Position numbers and translations under genes: made by a program. From an uncultured bacterium (GTDB taxonomy: Bacteria; Zixibacteria; MSB-5A5; CAIYYT01): a stretch of 64,000 bases of DNA. Below, in pieces: positions 54,250 through 64,000 of the stretch (position 1 is the first letter of the stretch; every line of letters begins with the position of its first letter). The notes under the pieces were generated by a model. That model was given only the letters and a program-made list of their open reading frames with translations, did not search any database and was not told the DNA's origin. Where the stretch lies: assembly GCA_963726455.1 (NCBI GenBank), contig CAVSCK010000004.1, positions 768,001 to 832,000 on the forward strand, read 5' to 3'.

Positions 54250-54957
54250 ATGAAAGTACTCGTAGCAGTCTTCTGCTATAACGAAGGGGGCAAACTTCGC
54301 AATGTGCTGCAGAAATTCGGAACGCAGCCGGCGTGGGACGTGCTGGTGGTGGACGATGGTTCAACCGACGACTCCCCTGCTGTAATGAAGGAATTCCCGT
54401 TCACCGTGATTCGCCATGATGCAAACAAAGGCGTAGGTGAATCAATCAAGACATCGCTACGATACGCCAAAGAACATGGACACGAAGCCATCGTGATTAT
54501 GGCGGGCAACGGGAAAATGGACCCCAACCAGGTCACGGTGCTGTTGGAGCCGATTGTCGAACGCGGATTTGATTACGTCCAGGGTTCACGATACTTGGTG
54601 GGTGGTTCGAGCCCCAATCTGCCGTTCAAGCGGGCGATGATGATCAAGGCATTTACCTTCTGTGTTAATGTGTTCATGCCCTTCAAAGGCACTGACGTCA
54701 CCTGCGGTTTTCGCGCGTATCGCACGGATATATTCAGTCGGGCGGCGATCAATATTGATCAGGACTGGCTCGGGCGGTACGAAATGGAATACTACATCCA
54801 CTACCGAGTGATCAAGGGCGGCCTGAAGGTAACCGAAGTGCCGGTTGCGATGACTTACCCGCCGGAAAAGAAGAACTATTCCAAAATCAAGGCAGGTTCC
54901 GGGTGGTGGTCGATGATCCGTCCCTGGGTATTTCTAATTCTTAGGATCAAGAAATAG
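54250..54957 (+). CDS. GT2 glycosyltransferase (DPM1-like)
   Basis: YNE, VDDGSTD, QGSRY, DVTCGFRAY. Confidence 0.9.
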   Translation: MKVLVAVFCYNEGGKLRNVLQKFGTQPAWDVLVVDDGSTDDSPAVMKEFPFTVIRHDANKGVGESIKTSLRYAKEHGHEAIVIMAGNGKMDPNQVTVLLEPIVERGFDYVQGSRYLVGGSSPNLPFKRAMMIKAFTFCVNVFMPFKGTDVTCGFRAYRTDIFSRAAINIDQDWLGRYEMEYYIHYRVIKGGLKVTEVPVAMTYPPEKKNYSKIKAGSGWWSMIRPWVFLILRIKK

Positions 54958-55070
54958 CCGACTGCCCTTCTCGCAGAGCCCCCGCACGCTGTCGAATTCG
55001 ATGCTGCTAACTGGCTGCGATGGTTGAAGTATCAAGGATTTACACCCGTCGGGCAGGGCAAGCTTGTTGC

Positions 55071-55099
55071 TTGACAGTTATCCAACAAAAGGGCATATT
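55071..55099 (+). promoter_or_regulatory. Sigma-70 promoter
   Basis: TTGACA-17-CATATT; AAGGAGG RBS downstream. Confidence 0.55.
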
Positions 55100-55127
55100 G
55101 ACCGTTTGGTAAGGAGGTTGGAAAAGT

Positions 55128-56207
55128 ATGATGTACGGTGTTATCATTGCCGGTGGAAAGGGAGAGCGTTTTTGGCCCTTCTCCACTAAGGAGAAGCCCA
55201 AGCAACTGCTCAACATCTACTCAAATCGCTCGATGCTGCAAGACACTATTGAGCGAGTGTCCGACCTTGTGCCCATGGACAGAACGGTGATCGTAACCGG
55301 TGAGAGTATCCGAAATCAGATACTCGAACACGTCCCCAATGTTAAAGAGCAGAATATACTTGCCGAACCATTTGGCAAGAATACCTGCCTGGCGATCGCC
55401 TTTGCGGCGGCGCATCTGGCGAAGAAGGATCCCCAGGCAACGATGCTGGTTTTGTCGGCAGATCACTTCATCCAGCCCAAGGAAAGACTGCTAGAGATAC
55501 TGAAGTACGGAGCGACGATCGCCGAGCGCGATGAAATGTTGATCACAATCGGTATCAATCCGACTCGCCCCGAGACCGGATATGGATATATCGAACAGGG
55601 ACAACTCTACGATTCGTACAACGGCATCAGCAGCTATACAGTAAAGCAATTCAAGGAAAAGCCGAGCCGCCCCCTGGCACAGCAGTATTATGTAGGCAGA
55701 TCGCACCTGTGGAATTCCGGTATGTTCATCTGGACGGCAGCCGCATTCCTGAAAGCCGTGTCGCAGTGCAAGCCAGACATGTACTCACAATTGATGGCTT
55801 ATTCCGAGAAGATCGGCACAGGAGAAGAGCGTGACTACCGTCAGAAATTGTTCGAAAACGCCGAGAACATTTCTGTCGACGTGGCGATACTTGAAGCCGC
55901 TGCCAATGTCGTAGTCATCAAGGGTGATTTGATCTGGGACGACATCGGTAGCTGGCTGGCGCTGGAGCGAATCAATCCCAAGGACAAAGATAATAACGTG
56001 ATCATCGGCAACACGATATTGCACGATTCGTACGAAATCACTGCGGTTAATGCCAATGACGGCATTATCGCAACTCTGGGAGTATCGGATCTGGTGGTCG
56101 TCAAGACCGATCAAGTGGTTTTGGTGGCGCACAAGACCAAGGTTGGCGATATCAAGGCGTTGCTGGCCATCCTCAAAGAGGACCCCAATCTTGAGAAATA
56201 TCTATAG
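55128..56207 (+). CDS. manC: Mannose-1-phosphate guanylyltransferase
   Basis: AGGKGERFWP..PKQ; ETGYGYI; FKEKP; WNSGMF; WDDIGSW. Confidence 0.93.
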   Translation: MMYGVIIAGGKGERFWPFSTKEKPKQLLNIYSNRSMLQDTIERVSDLVPMDRTVIVTGESIRNQILEHVPNVKEQNILAEPFGKNTCLAIAFAAAHLAKKDPQATMLVLSADHFIQPKERLLEILKYGATIAERDEMLITIGINPTRPETGYGYIEQGQLYDSYNGISSYTVKQFKEKPSRPLAQQYYVGRSHLWNSGMFIWTAAAFLKAVSQCKPDMYSQLMAYSEKIGTGEERDYRQKLFENAENISVDVAILEAAANVVVIKGDLIWDDIGSWLALERINPKDKDNNVIIGNTILHDSYEITAVNANDGIIATLGVSDLVVVKTDQVVLVAHKTKVGDIKALLAILKEDPNLEKYL

Positions 56208-56344
56208 CAGGAAATCGAACAAGCTGCGTCTCCTGCTAGTATTCGCGCAGAGTCTGTTACCTGAGGATCATGACACTAAGCACTAGTAATCTTTCCGGGG
56301 AGTACCCTAAGGCACGTGCAGTCACGTCAAAACGGTGGCAGGAA

Positions 56345-56968
56345 ATGAAAGCGATAATCCGCTTAATCACCGAACCGGGTGTCCTGGAGCAAGCCGTCGC
56401 GCTGATCTCGCAGGGACATCAGGTTGTGATACCGACGGAAACAATCTTCGGCCTGACCTGTGATGCCCTCAATGACAAAGCCGTAAGTGAGTTGTACGCC
56501 ATCAAGGGGCGACCACTCGACAAAGTATCGGCAATATTCGTGCCGTCAATCGAAGCGATAAGAAGTTACGCCATAATCGAGCAAGAATATGCGCGCCGCG
56601 TTATCGAACAATTATTGCCCGGTCCCCTGACGATAGTCGTCAAGAGCAGGAGAAGTCACTGGCCGGGAGTTGTAGGCGACGACGGCAAGATAGGAATTCG
56701 TGTCAGTTCCGAGGCGTTCGTTGGCGAATTGGCAGGCCAGGTTGGGCGTCCGTTGATTGCGACCTCAGCGAACAAGTCGGGTTTGCCCGATTGCACGAGC
56801 GTGGCGATGCTCACGGAGCAACTCGGTGACGTCGTAACACTCATATTGTATCGCGATCTCCAATGCCCGAGTATTCCGTCGACGGTAGTGGACTTGACGG
56901 GCGAGGAACCGAGACTGTTGCGACAGGGTTCTATACCGTGGGAAAAGATTTTGCAGATAACTGGATAA
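56345..56968 (+). CDS. tsaC: L-threonylcarbamoyladenylate synthase (YrdC/Sua5)
   Basis: PTETIFGL; KGRP..K; PGPLT; ATSANKSG; PSTVVD. Confidence 0.92.
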   Translation: MKAIIRLITEPGVLEQAVALISQGHQVVIPTETIFGLTCDALNDKAVSELYAIKGRPLDKVSAIFVPSIEAIRSYAIIEQEYARRVIEQLLPGPLTIVVKSRRSHWPGVVGDDGKIGIRVSSEAFVGELAGQVGRPLIATSANKSGLPDCTSVAMLTEQLGDVVTLILYRDLQCPSIPSTVVDLTGEEPRLLRQGSIPWEKILQITG

Positions 56969-56983
56969 ACCAACGGAAATTGA

Positions 56984-57460
56984 ATGTATAAGATAGTGTA
57001 CGTTTGCACAGGAAATACCTGCCGTTCACCCATGGCCGAGGGGATTTTGCGGAAATTGATCGCGGAGAGCGGCCACAAGGATGTGGAGGTTTTGTCGGCC
57101 GGGATCGGCACTCTGGACGGATATCCAGCCACACTTACTGCGGTGCAGACGGCGGCAAATCACGGTATTGATATTTCCGAGCACCACTCGCAGCGGTTGA
57201 CCGGCAAGCTGTTCAAAGACGCTGATCTGGTGTTCGCCCTTTCGGACAATCATTACGAGTTCATGCGGAATTTCCCGGACGCCGACGAGAAGCTGTACAT
57301 GGTAAAGGGCTTTCCCGAGAAGGAGCTCGCCGATCTGGAACACTCAGTGGATGATCCATTGGGAGGAACTTCTGAAGAATACCAACGTATCTTCGAGGAA
57401 ATCGAGCGGGAAATCAAACGGTCACTGCCGGAGATTTTGCGGAGGGTTGATCATAAGTAG
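56984..57460 (+). CDS. Low-molecular-weight protein Arg/Tyr phosphatase (YwlE-like)
   Basis: VCTGNTCRSPMAE; DDPLGG. Confidence 0.92.
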   Translation: MYKIVYVCTGNTCRSPMAEGILRKLIAESGHKDVEVLSAGIGTLDGYPATLTAVQTAANHGIDISEHHSQRLTGKLFKDADLVFALSDNHYEFMRNFPDADEKLYMVKGFPEKELADLEHSVDDPLGGTSEEYQRIFEEIEREIKRSLPEILRRVDHK

Positions 57461-57470
57461 GAAAAGAATT

Positions 57471-58280
57471 ATGGCGGCGACGCTGACGATTGCCGTGGCG
57501 CTGTTGCTGCTGATCGGAAGCATTCAGGGTGAGAGCGGCAAACCGGAAAGTGCGGCTGCCACAGCACAGGATAGTCTCACCCGGCAGGTGTCCAACGACG
57601 CATTTGGATTGGGAGAACGGCTGAAGTTTTCGATCGGCTACGGTCCGATCACGGCGGGAACGGCATACCTGGAAGTAAGCGACACGAATACTTACAACGG
57701 CAATATCTGCTACAGGATCACGTCACACACTACATCAAACGGCTTCTTTGACAATTTCTACAAGGTGCGCGACACGATATTAAGTCAGCTGGATGTCGAT
57801 GGATTATTTTCGCGCTACTTCTTCAAGGCACTGCACGAAGGTTCGTACCATTCGTCGCGTGAGATCGTTCTGGAACCCCGCCATCAACGCGCTTTATTTC
57901 GCAAGGGTACGGACAAGCCCGATACTGTGTCGCTTCTGCCGTTTGCCAACGATGAACTTTCTGTTCTTTACTATGCGCGTACTCAGCCGCTGAAGGTCGG
58001 CACGAGCATACACGTACCGGCGATGTCCGGAGACACGAGCCAGATGATCGAAGTGCGCGTAATTGGACGCGAAACGGTCGAAGTGCCGGCGGGTGAGTTC
58101 AAGTGCATCGTTGTCGAACCGATGCTGATAGCAGCCGGTGTGTTCAAGCAGGAGGGCGAAATCAAGGTTTGGCTTACCGATGATCGCCTGCGGATGCCGG
58201 TGCTGATGAAGAGCAAGATTTTGGTCGGTTCGATTTATGCCGAGTTGGAAGAATACAAATTGGGCAATCTGGACTGGTAG
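57471..58280 (+). CDS. DUF3108-like exported protein
   Basis: GERLKF.IGYG.ITAG; FYKVRD; VPAGEF.C; WLTDD..RMPV. Confidence 0.8.
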   Translation: MAATLTIAVALLLLIGSIQGESGKPESAAATAQDSLTRQVSNDAFGLGERLKFSIGYGPITAGTAYLEVSDTNTYNGNICYRITSHTTSNGFFDNFYKVRDTILSQLDVDGLFSRYFFKALHEGSYHSSREIVLEPRHQRALFRKGTDKPDTVSLLPFANDELSVLYYARTQPLKVGTSIHVPAMSGDTSQMIEVRVIGRETVEVPAGEFKCIVVEPMLIAAGVFKQEGEIKVWLTDDRLRMPVLMKSKILVGSIYAELEEYKLGNLDW

Positions 58281-58281
58281 T

Positions 58282-59221
58282 ATGAAGCAAATCGACTTCA
58301 GCAAACTCAGAGTCAACAGCATCCGTGACCGCAAATCGAAGGTCGAGCGCGCGGAGTTGGCATTGAGTCTCAAGAGCAAAGGTGTGGCCGCTTTCGTTGA
58401 TTCCCTGCCTGATCTTCTCAAGGCCCGCGATCTGAAGGCTCTGACGAGCGCCATTGTAACTGCGCAACAAAAGCGTAAGCCGATTCTCTGGATGTTCGGC
58501 GCGCATGTGGTAAAAGTCGGATTGGCGCCGATACTGTGCGAGATTATGCAGAACGGGGCGGCGCAGCAGATTTCGACGAACAATGCCGGATTGATTCACG
58601 ATCTGGAATTGGCGTTCTTCGGGCCGACATCGGAGGATGTGGAAGCGGCGATCACGGAAGGCCAATTTGGAATGACTCGCGAAACGGGCGAGTTGTATGC
58701 CGGAATTCTCTATCTGGCGGCGAAAGACAAGATCGGACTCGGCGAAGCGGCCGGCAAATTCATGAATTCACGTAAGGCCAAGTACCGCAACACTTCGGTC
58801 TTTGCCACTGCGCAGAAGAAAAGCATACCGGCGACGGTGCACGTGGCAATCGGCACCGATGTTGTCAATGCGCATGCGGGATATGACGGCGCCAAGGCCG
58901 GAGCGGCATCGCAGATTGATTTCGGATATTCTGTGAAAACGTGAGGCACTTGAAGAACGGCGGCGTCGCGCTCAATTTCGGTTCGGCGGTGATTCTGCCG
59001 GAAGTGTTTCTGAAAGCGATCGCGATTGCGCGGAATCTGGATCCCAAGTTTACGAAATTTACGACAGCAAATTTTGATATGATCAGTCTTTATCGACCGC
59101 AAAACAATTTTGTCAAGCGCCCGCGCCTGTTGGGAGCTACGAGCTACGATTTTGCCGGGCATCATGAAATCATGTTGCCGTTGCTCTGGGCGGTGTGCGG
59201 GACCGATTGGGAAAACGGTAA
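58282..59221 (+). CDS. Conserved hypothetical protein, deoxyhypusine-synthase-like (frameshifts ~58920 and near 3' end)
   Basis: GAHVVKVG; IHDLE; TVHVAIGTD; GSAVILPEVFLKA; GHHEIMLP. Confidence 0.7.
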
Positions 59222-59242
59222 CGGTGTTATTGAGGTTACGAG

Positions 59243-60790
59243 ATGGCGAAGATTGTTGAATGTGTTCCGAATTTTTCCGAGGGCAGACGTCCGGAAATCA
59301 TCAAGAGTATTACCGATACGATTACTTCAGTCCCCGGAGTCGTGCTGCTTGATTCGGAGATGGACAAGGATCATAACCGCGCGGTGGTAACTGTCGCGGG
59401 TGAACCGAACGCGATGAAGAAGGCGATGTTCCTTGGCATCAAGAAGGCGGCGGAGGTGATCGACCTGCGGACGCACAAGGGCGAGCATCCGCGCATGGGC
59501 GCGACCGATGTTTGCCCGTTCGTTCCGATCAGCGAGATGACGACCGAGGAATGTATCGAGCTGGCAAAGTCACTTGGCGAACAGGTGGGAAGCGAATTGC
59601 AGATTCCGGTATATCTGTACGATCAGGCGGCGACACGGCTGGAGCGCCAGAGCTTGCCCAATATCCGCAATAAGCATGGCGAGTATGAAGGAATCAAGGC
59701 CAAGATCGCGACCGAGCCGGAACTGGCGCCGGATTATGGTCCGCGCAAGGTGCACGAGCAGGCGGGCGCGATCGCGATCGGCGTGCGGTTTCCGCTTATT
59801 GCGTTCAATGCCTATCTCGGCACCAACAATGTCGATATCGCCAAACGGATTGCCAAGGCGATTCGCTCAAACACCGGCGGATTTGCGTTCTGCCGCGCGC
59901 TGGGATTTGAGATCGCCGACCGCAATTGCGTGCAGGTGTCGATGAACATGATCAATTACCTGCAGACACCGCTTTACCGCGTGCTGGAGACGATCAAGTC
60001 GGAGGCGGCGCGCTGGGGTACGATGGTGACGTCGACCGAGATCGTCGGACTGGTGCCGAGTGAGGCGATCACCAATTCGGCGCGCTGGTATCTGATGCTG
60101 GAGAATTTCAGCAAAGAACAGATTCTTGAAGAACGATTGAACAAGGCGACGGAAGGCCAGGCGACGCAGTCAGGGACTATCGACATTCGTGGAGAGTGTG
60201 GCGTCATCCTCCCCTGCTCCGGGTGGCGGCTCGGTGTCGGCAGCGGCAGGATCGCTGGCGGCAGGCGTTGGCTTCGATGGTCTGCCGATTGACGCTCGGC
60301 AAGAAGAAATACGCCGAAGTGCAGGATCAGGTGACGGCGATTCTGAGTCAGAACCGACAAGTTGAAGGATGAGCTATACGAATTGGTGCAGCGCGACGCG
60401 TCAGCGTTTGATGACGTGATGGCGGCGATGAAACTGCCGAAAGAAACTGAGGAACAACAGAAGCAGCGCGCAGGAGGCAATTCAGAAAGCAACGATCATG
60501 GCGACGCGTACGCCTCTGGAAGTTATGAACAAGTCGTTGCAGGCGCTTGATCTGGCAATTGAAGATTGCGAAGATCGGCAACGTCAATTCGGTGAGCGAC
60601 GCCGGTGTCGGCTCGCTGATGGCACGGACGGCTGTTGAAGGGGCGTTCTACAACGTGCAAATCAATCTGCCGGGCATTGCGGACAAGGCGATTGCCGAGG
60701 AAATAGATCGAGAAGCACGGCAGATTCTGACAGCGGCTGAGGAACAAAGCGAAAATCGCGCGCGACATCGTGCTTGAGAAAATCGGATGC
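59243..60790 (+). CDS. ftcd: Glutamate formimidoyltransferase/cyclodeaminase (several indels in the 3' half; end approximate)
   Basis: ECVPNFSEG; DHNR; HPRMGATDVCPF; after repair SPAPGGGSVS..GNVNSVSDAGV. Confidence 0.9.
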
Positions 60791-61615
60791 CGGAAAAACT
60801 AATCGATCTGCATTTACATACGCATCACTCCGATGGATCGTGTACGCCTGAGGAGACGATGCAGCGTGCACACGAAACCGGATTGTCGGCGATGGCGATC
60901 ACCGACCACGACAGTCTGTCGGCGATCGATGAGGCGCGGAAATACGCCGACGGTATCGAGTTCGTAACCGGCGTGGAATTGTCATGCCATTATCAGGGCG
61001 TCGACATTCACATGCTGGCCTACTTCGTCGATCCGACCTATCCGCCGCTAGTCGAGAAGGTGAAGTTCTATCAGCAGGAACGGCTCAAACGCGGCATCCT
61101 GATCGTAGAGAAGCTGAACGAGCTGGGGATCGATCTGAAGATGGAGACCGTACAGCGCATGGCCAAGGACGCCACGATCGGCAGAGTACACGTCGCCGAT
61201 GCCCTGCTGAAGGAAGAGTATGTGCAGGACGTTTGACGAGGCCTTCAGCCGTTATCTGGGCTACCATGCTCCGGCCTATGTTCCCAAGACGCATTTCGAA
61301 CCGGCGGAAGCGATTGAACTGGTGCATCAGGCGGGCGGTATCGCGGTGATGGCGCATCCGGGCTCAACGCGCCGCGACGATGCGATCGCGTTTCTGAAGG
61401 GGGTCGGCATGGATGGCCTTGAAGTCTATCATTCTAAACACACACCGGCCCAGGTACGTCATTACAAAGAGATGGCCACGCGCAACAGTCTGCTGGTTTC
61501 CGGCGGGTCCGACTGGCATGGTCGCAACGACCCGCGCTCGGAAATGGGAAATCAGCGCGTATCTTATTCGGTGCTTGCACGCATGAAGGACTACCTGGAA
61601 GCCCGTGGCAAATGA
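60787..61615 (+). CDS. PHP-domain phosphoesterase (frameshift ~61228)
   Basis: DLHLHTHHSDG; ITDHD; AHP; GGSDWHG. Confidence 0.9.
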
Positions 61616-61637
61616 AAATGATCTGAAAGGAGTTGCC

Positions 61638-63533
61638 GTGACAATCCGTACCCACGTACTCACTGCCCTACTATTCGCACTTATCCTTGTTCCCTCTGTG
61701 AGCTATGCCGACGAGGCGCTGGATACTTACAACCAGATCAAGCAGTATTTTCCGTACGCAAATAGCTCCACGGCGCTGACAGGCCAGCCGGCCGGGACCG
61801 ACAGTGTGCAGTTTGTCAAATGCGGAACTCCAATCATGAGATTGGCGCAAGGACTGCCTGAAGAATACCGCAAGGCACTGGGGATCATGACCTACGCCCA
61901 TAGGCCATATTGGTCCGACCTGCCGCTAGTGTTCCGCTCAGCGTCGGGTCGCTTTGTCATTCATTACAACAACACTCCGGGCAACCAGGACCAAATCAAC
62001 CAGACCTTTGGTGATGCCAACGCGAACGGTGTTCCTGACTACGCTGAGATCGTTGCCAGAATAGCGGATTCAGTTTGGGTGCATCATATAGATTCGCTTG
62101 GCTTTCACGAACCGCTCAATGACAGCGCGTATGTATGGGGTGACGGACCGGGGTATGACATCTATGTCGGTCACCTTGGCGCCGGGTATTACGGAGCTAC
62201 CATGAGCGATACGGTCATAGTTGACGGCACCCACTATAGGGCGACAAGTTGGATGCAACTCCAGAATCACTACGAAACGTTCCAGGGATATGCCCACCGA
62301 CCGATTGAAGCGTTACAGGTCACAATTGCGCACGAGTTCCTGCACGCGCTTCAGTTCTGGTACGATGGTATTGAGGATTGCACTGATCCCATATGTGCTG
62401 GGCGCAATGGATACTGGATGGAAATGTCGGCGGTCTGGGCGGAAGATGAAACATACAATAATGTAAATGACTATTACTACTACCTTCCATCATATTTCCC
62501 GCATATCGATCGCTCTCTGCGATTCTGGCAAACCACCGGTGTGTGGGAACCCAACTATCCATACGGCGCAGGTGTATTCCCCATGTATCTTTCACAACGA
62601 TTTGGCAGGGACATCGTAAGAAAAGCCTGGGAGCATTGTGGCGATGTCAATGGAGGAAATTTCCTCGAGAGTGCACTTAGCAGTGCGCTTGCCGAAATGA
62701 CCGGTGGGCAGATTGATATGCCCCATGCCTGGACCGAATATAGCCGCTGGCTCTTTTTCACCGGCGCGCGCACGCGGCCAGGCCAGTTTTATCGAGAAGC
62801 ATCCAACTATCCGGCGATTCCTGACTCGGCTCTGAATAATGTCAACGCGAACGTGCCATACATTCGCACTTTTAGTCAATACCCGATCTCGATGCCTGAT
62901 ACCAGGGGATTCCAATTCTATCCCGATGACTTCGCTTTTAATTATCTGGATTTCAAAACTTCCACGCTGGATAGCGTACTCACGTTTACGTTCGACGGTT
63001 CCAAAGTAGGTGATGCCTCAGATTGGCGCATAACTGCCATTGCCTACAGCTCCACCGACCCGTCGAGCGCCATCTGGATCGACGACGTGCTTCACACAAA
63101 CAAAGAGACATTCGAGGAAAAGGACTTCCACGCTTACACGGATATTTTGATCGTTCCGACGTTGGTCAATCCGGCCTTACACTGGAGCCGGAACGCTTAC
63201 CAATTTGCCGTGGCTGACACTTCAATTCCGATCACCAATGACCAGATCACCTATGGACCGTCCAAGATATTCCCGAACGGCAGCGATCCCGATCAGGCAT
63301 CGTTGAAAGTATATGTCAAGACGATCAACGGCGGCAATGTCACGATGAATGTCTTCACGACGGCCGGTGAGAAAGTGTTTTCGACATCAAAGACCGTCCC
63401 GCAAGCCACGCTCGATCAATTGCAGTGGGATGCGAACAGTGACTATGATCAGCAGGTGGCATCGGGCGTCTATGTCGTGCAGGTGCGGTTCGGCGGATCG
63501 GAGCAACACTTCAAGGTACTGGTAGTTCGTTGA
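61638..63533 (+). CDS. Secreted zinc metalloprotease (MXAN_6640-like) with FlgD-like tail
   Basis: KCGTP; VTIAHEFLHALQF; W.EMSAVWAED; ASGVYVV. Confidence 0.85.
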   Translation: MTIRTHVLTALLFALILVPSVSYADEALDTYNQIKQYFPYANSSTALTGQPAGTDSVQFVKCGTPIMRLAQGLPEEYRKALGIMTYAHRPYWSDLPLVFRSASGRFVIHYNNTPGNQDQINQTFGDANANGVPDYAEIVARIADSVWVHHIDSLGFHEPLNDSAYVWGDGPGYDIYVGHLGAGYYGATMSDTVIVDGTHYRATSWMQLQNHYETFQGYAHRPIEALQVTIAHEFLHALQFWYDGIEDCTDPICAGRNGYWMEMSAVWAEDETYNNVNDYYYYLPSYFPHIDRSLRFWQTTGVWEPNYPYGAGVFPMYLSQRFGRDIVRKAWEHCGDVNGGNFLESALSSALAEMTGGQIDMPHAWTEYSRWLFFTGARTRPGQFYREASNYPAIPDSALNNVNANVPYIRTFSQYPISMPDTRGFQFYPDDFAFNYLDFKTSTLDSVLTFTFDGSKVGDASDWRITAIAYSSTDPSSAIWIDDVLHTNKETFEEKDFHAYTDILIVPTLVNPALHWSRNAYQFAVADTSIPITNDQITYGPSKIFPNGSDPDQASLKVYVKTINGGNVTMNVFTTAGEKVFSTSKTVPQATLDQLQWDANSDYDQQVASGVYVVQVRFGGSEQHFKVLVVR

Positions 63534-64000
63534 GTGCAAAACGAGTCGCGGCGATTGGCGTCTTTGCGGCGCTAGCGTACGTCGGCTCGTTTGTCTTGAT
63601 GACCATACCGAACGCCACGCTGTCAATACTTCTCGTGTTCTTCGCCGGCTATTATTTAGGCATTACCGGCGGCGCTCTGACAGGTGTAGTGAGCGCGCTG
63701 TTGATTTCACTGTTTAATCCCTACGGCTTGGCGATGCTGCCGATTCTGGTGGCACAGGTATTCGCCTACATGGTTATTGGCGGACTGGGCGGCTTGTTTT
63801 CCGGGCGTACCGGGTTCGATGATTATGGTCGCTCCCTGATTCCGCTGGCTCTGCTTGGTTTGTTGACGGCGCTGATTTATCAGGTACCGGTGTCGCTGGC
63901 CGATGCCTGGCTGTTCGGCCCTTTCTGGGCGCGGCTAACGATGTCAGCCGGGTTTGCGTTGATTACTATTGTTTCGAATATTCTCTTCTTCGTGCTGCTC
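63530..64000 (+). CDS. ECF transporter S-component-like membrane protein (runs off the right edge)
   Basis: Manual translation from TTG 63530: SAKRVAAIGVFAALAYVGSFVLMTIPNATL..LFNPYG; absent from the ORF track. Confidence 0.75.
   Translation, partial: MSAKRVAAIGVFAALAYVGSFVLMTIPNATLSILLVFFAGYYLGITGGALTGVVSALLISLFNPYGLAMLPILVAQVFAYMVIGGLGGLFSGRTGFDDYGRSLIPLALLGLLTALIYQVPVSLADAWLFGPFWARLTMSAGFALITIVSNILFFVLL

Noticed and set aside
59243-61615. Programmed frameshifting or pseudogenisation of ftcd and PHP
   Set aside because: No slippery heptamers noticed; the pattern matches sequencing indels elsewhere in the window

Overview
Bacterial chromosomal window. Gene content (C-terminal dockerin-like domains on non-cellulase proteins, FlgD/T9SS-like tails, a TonB receptor/PorV-like triplet) suggests candidate Zixibacteria or a related FCB lineage; this is inference, not a database result. 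The left ~7.4 kb is an accessory stretch (PEP-CTERM protein, LVIVD-dockerin protein, Mrr-like nuclease, hicBA, several repeats) lying downstream of a 16S rRNA gene with no adjacent tRNA or 23S. The rest holds an ECF sigma/anti-sigma operon, Fic, an S8 protease, tRNA-Phe and tRNA-Thr, a translationally coupled four-gene membrane operon of unknown function (DUF6754-like; best candidate for an undescribed system), a sugar ABC transporter, a peptidoglycan recycling trio, TonB receptor/secreted protein/PorV-like genes, lipB/E2/nadA, an NtrC-type regulator, dockerin-bearing secreted proteins and sugar/housekeeping genes. At least 8 genes carry single-base indels that look like long-read sequencing errors. 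No CRISPR array, transposase or integrase was seen.
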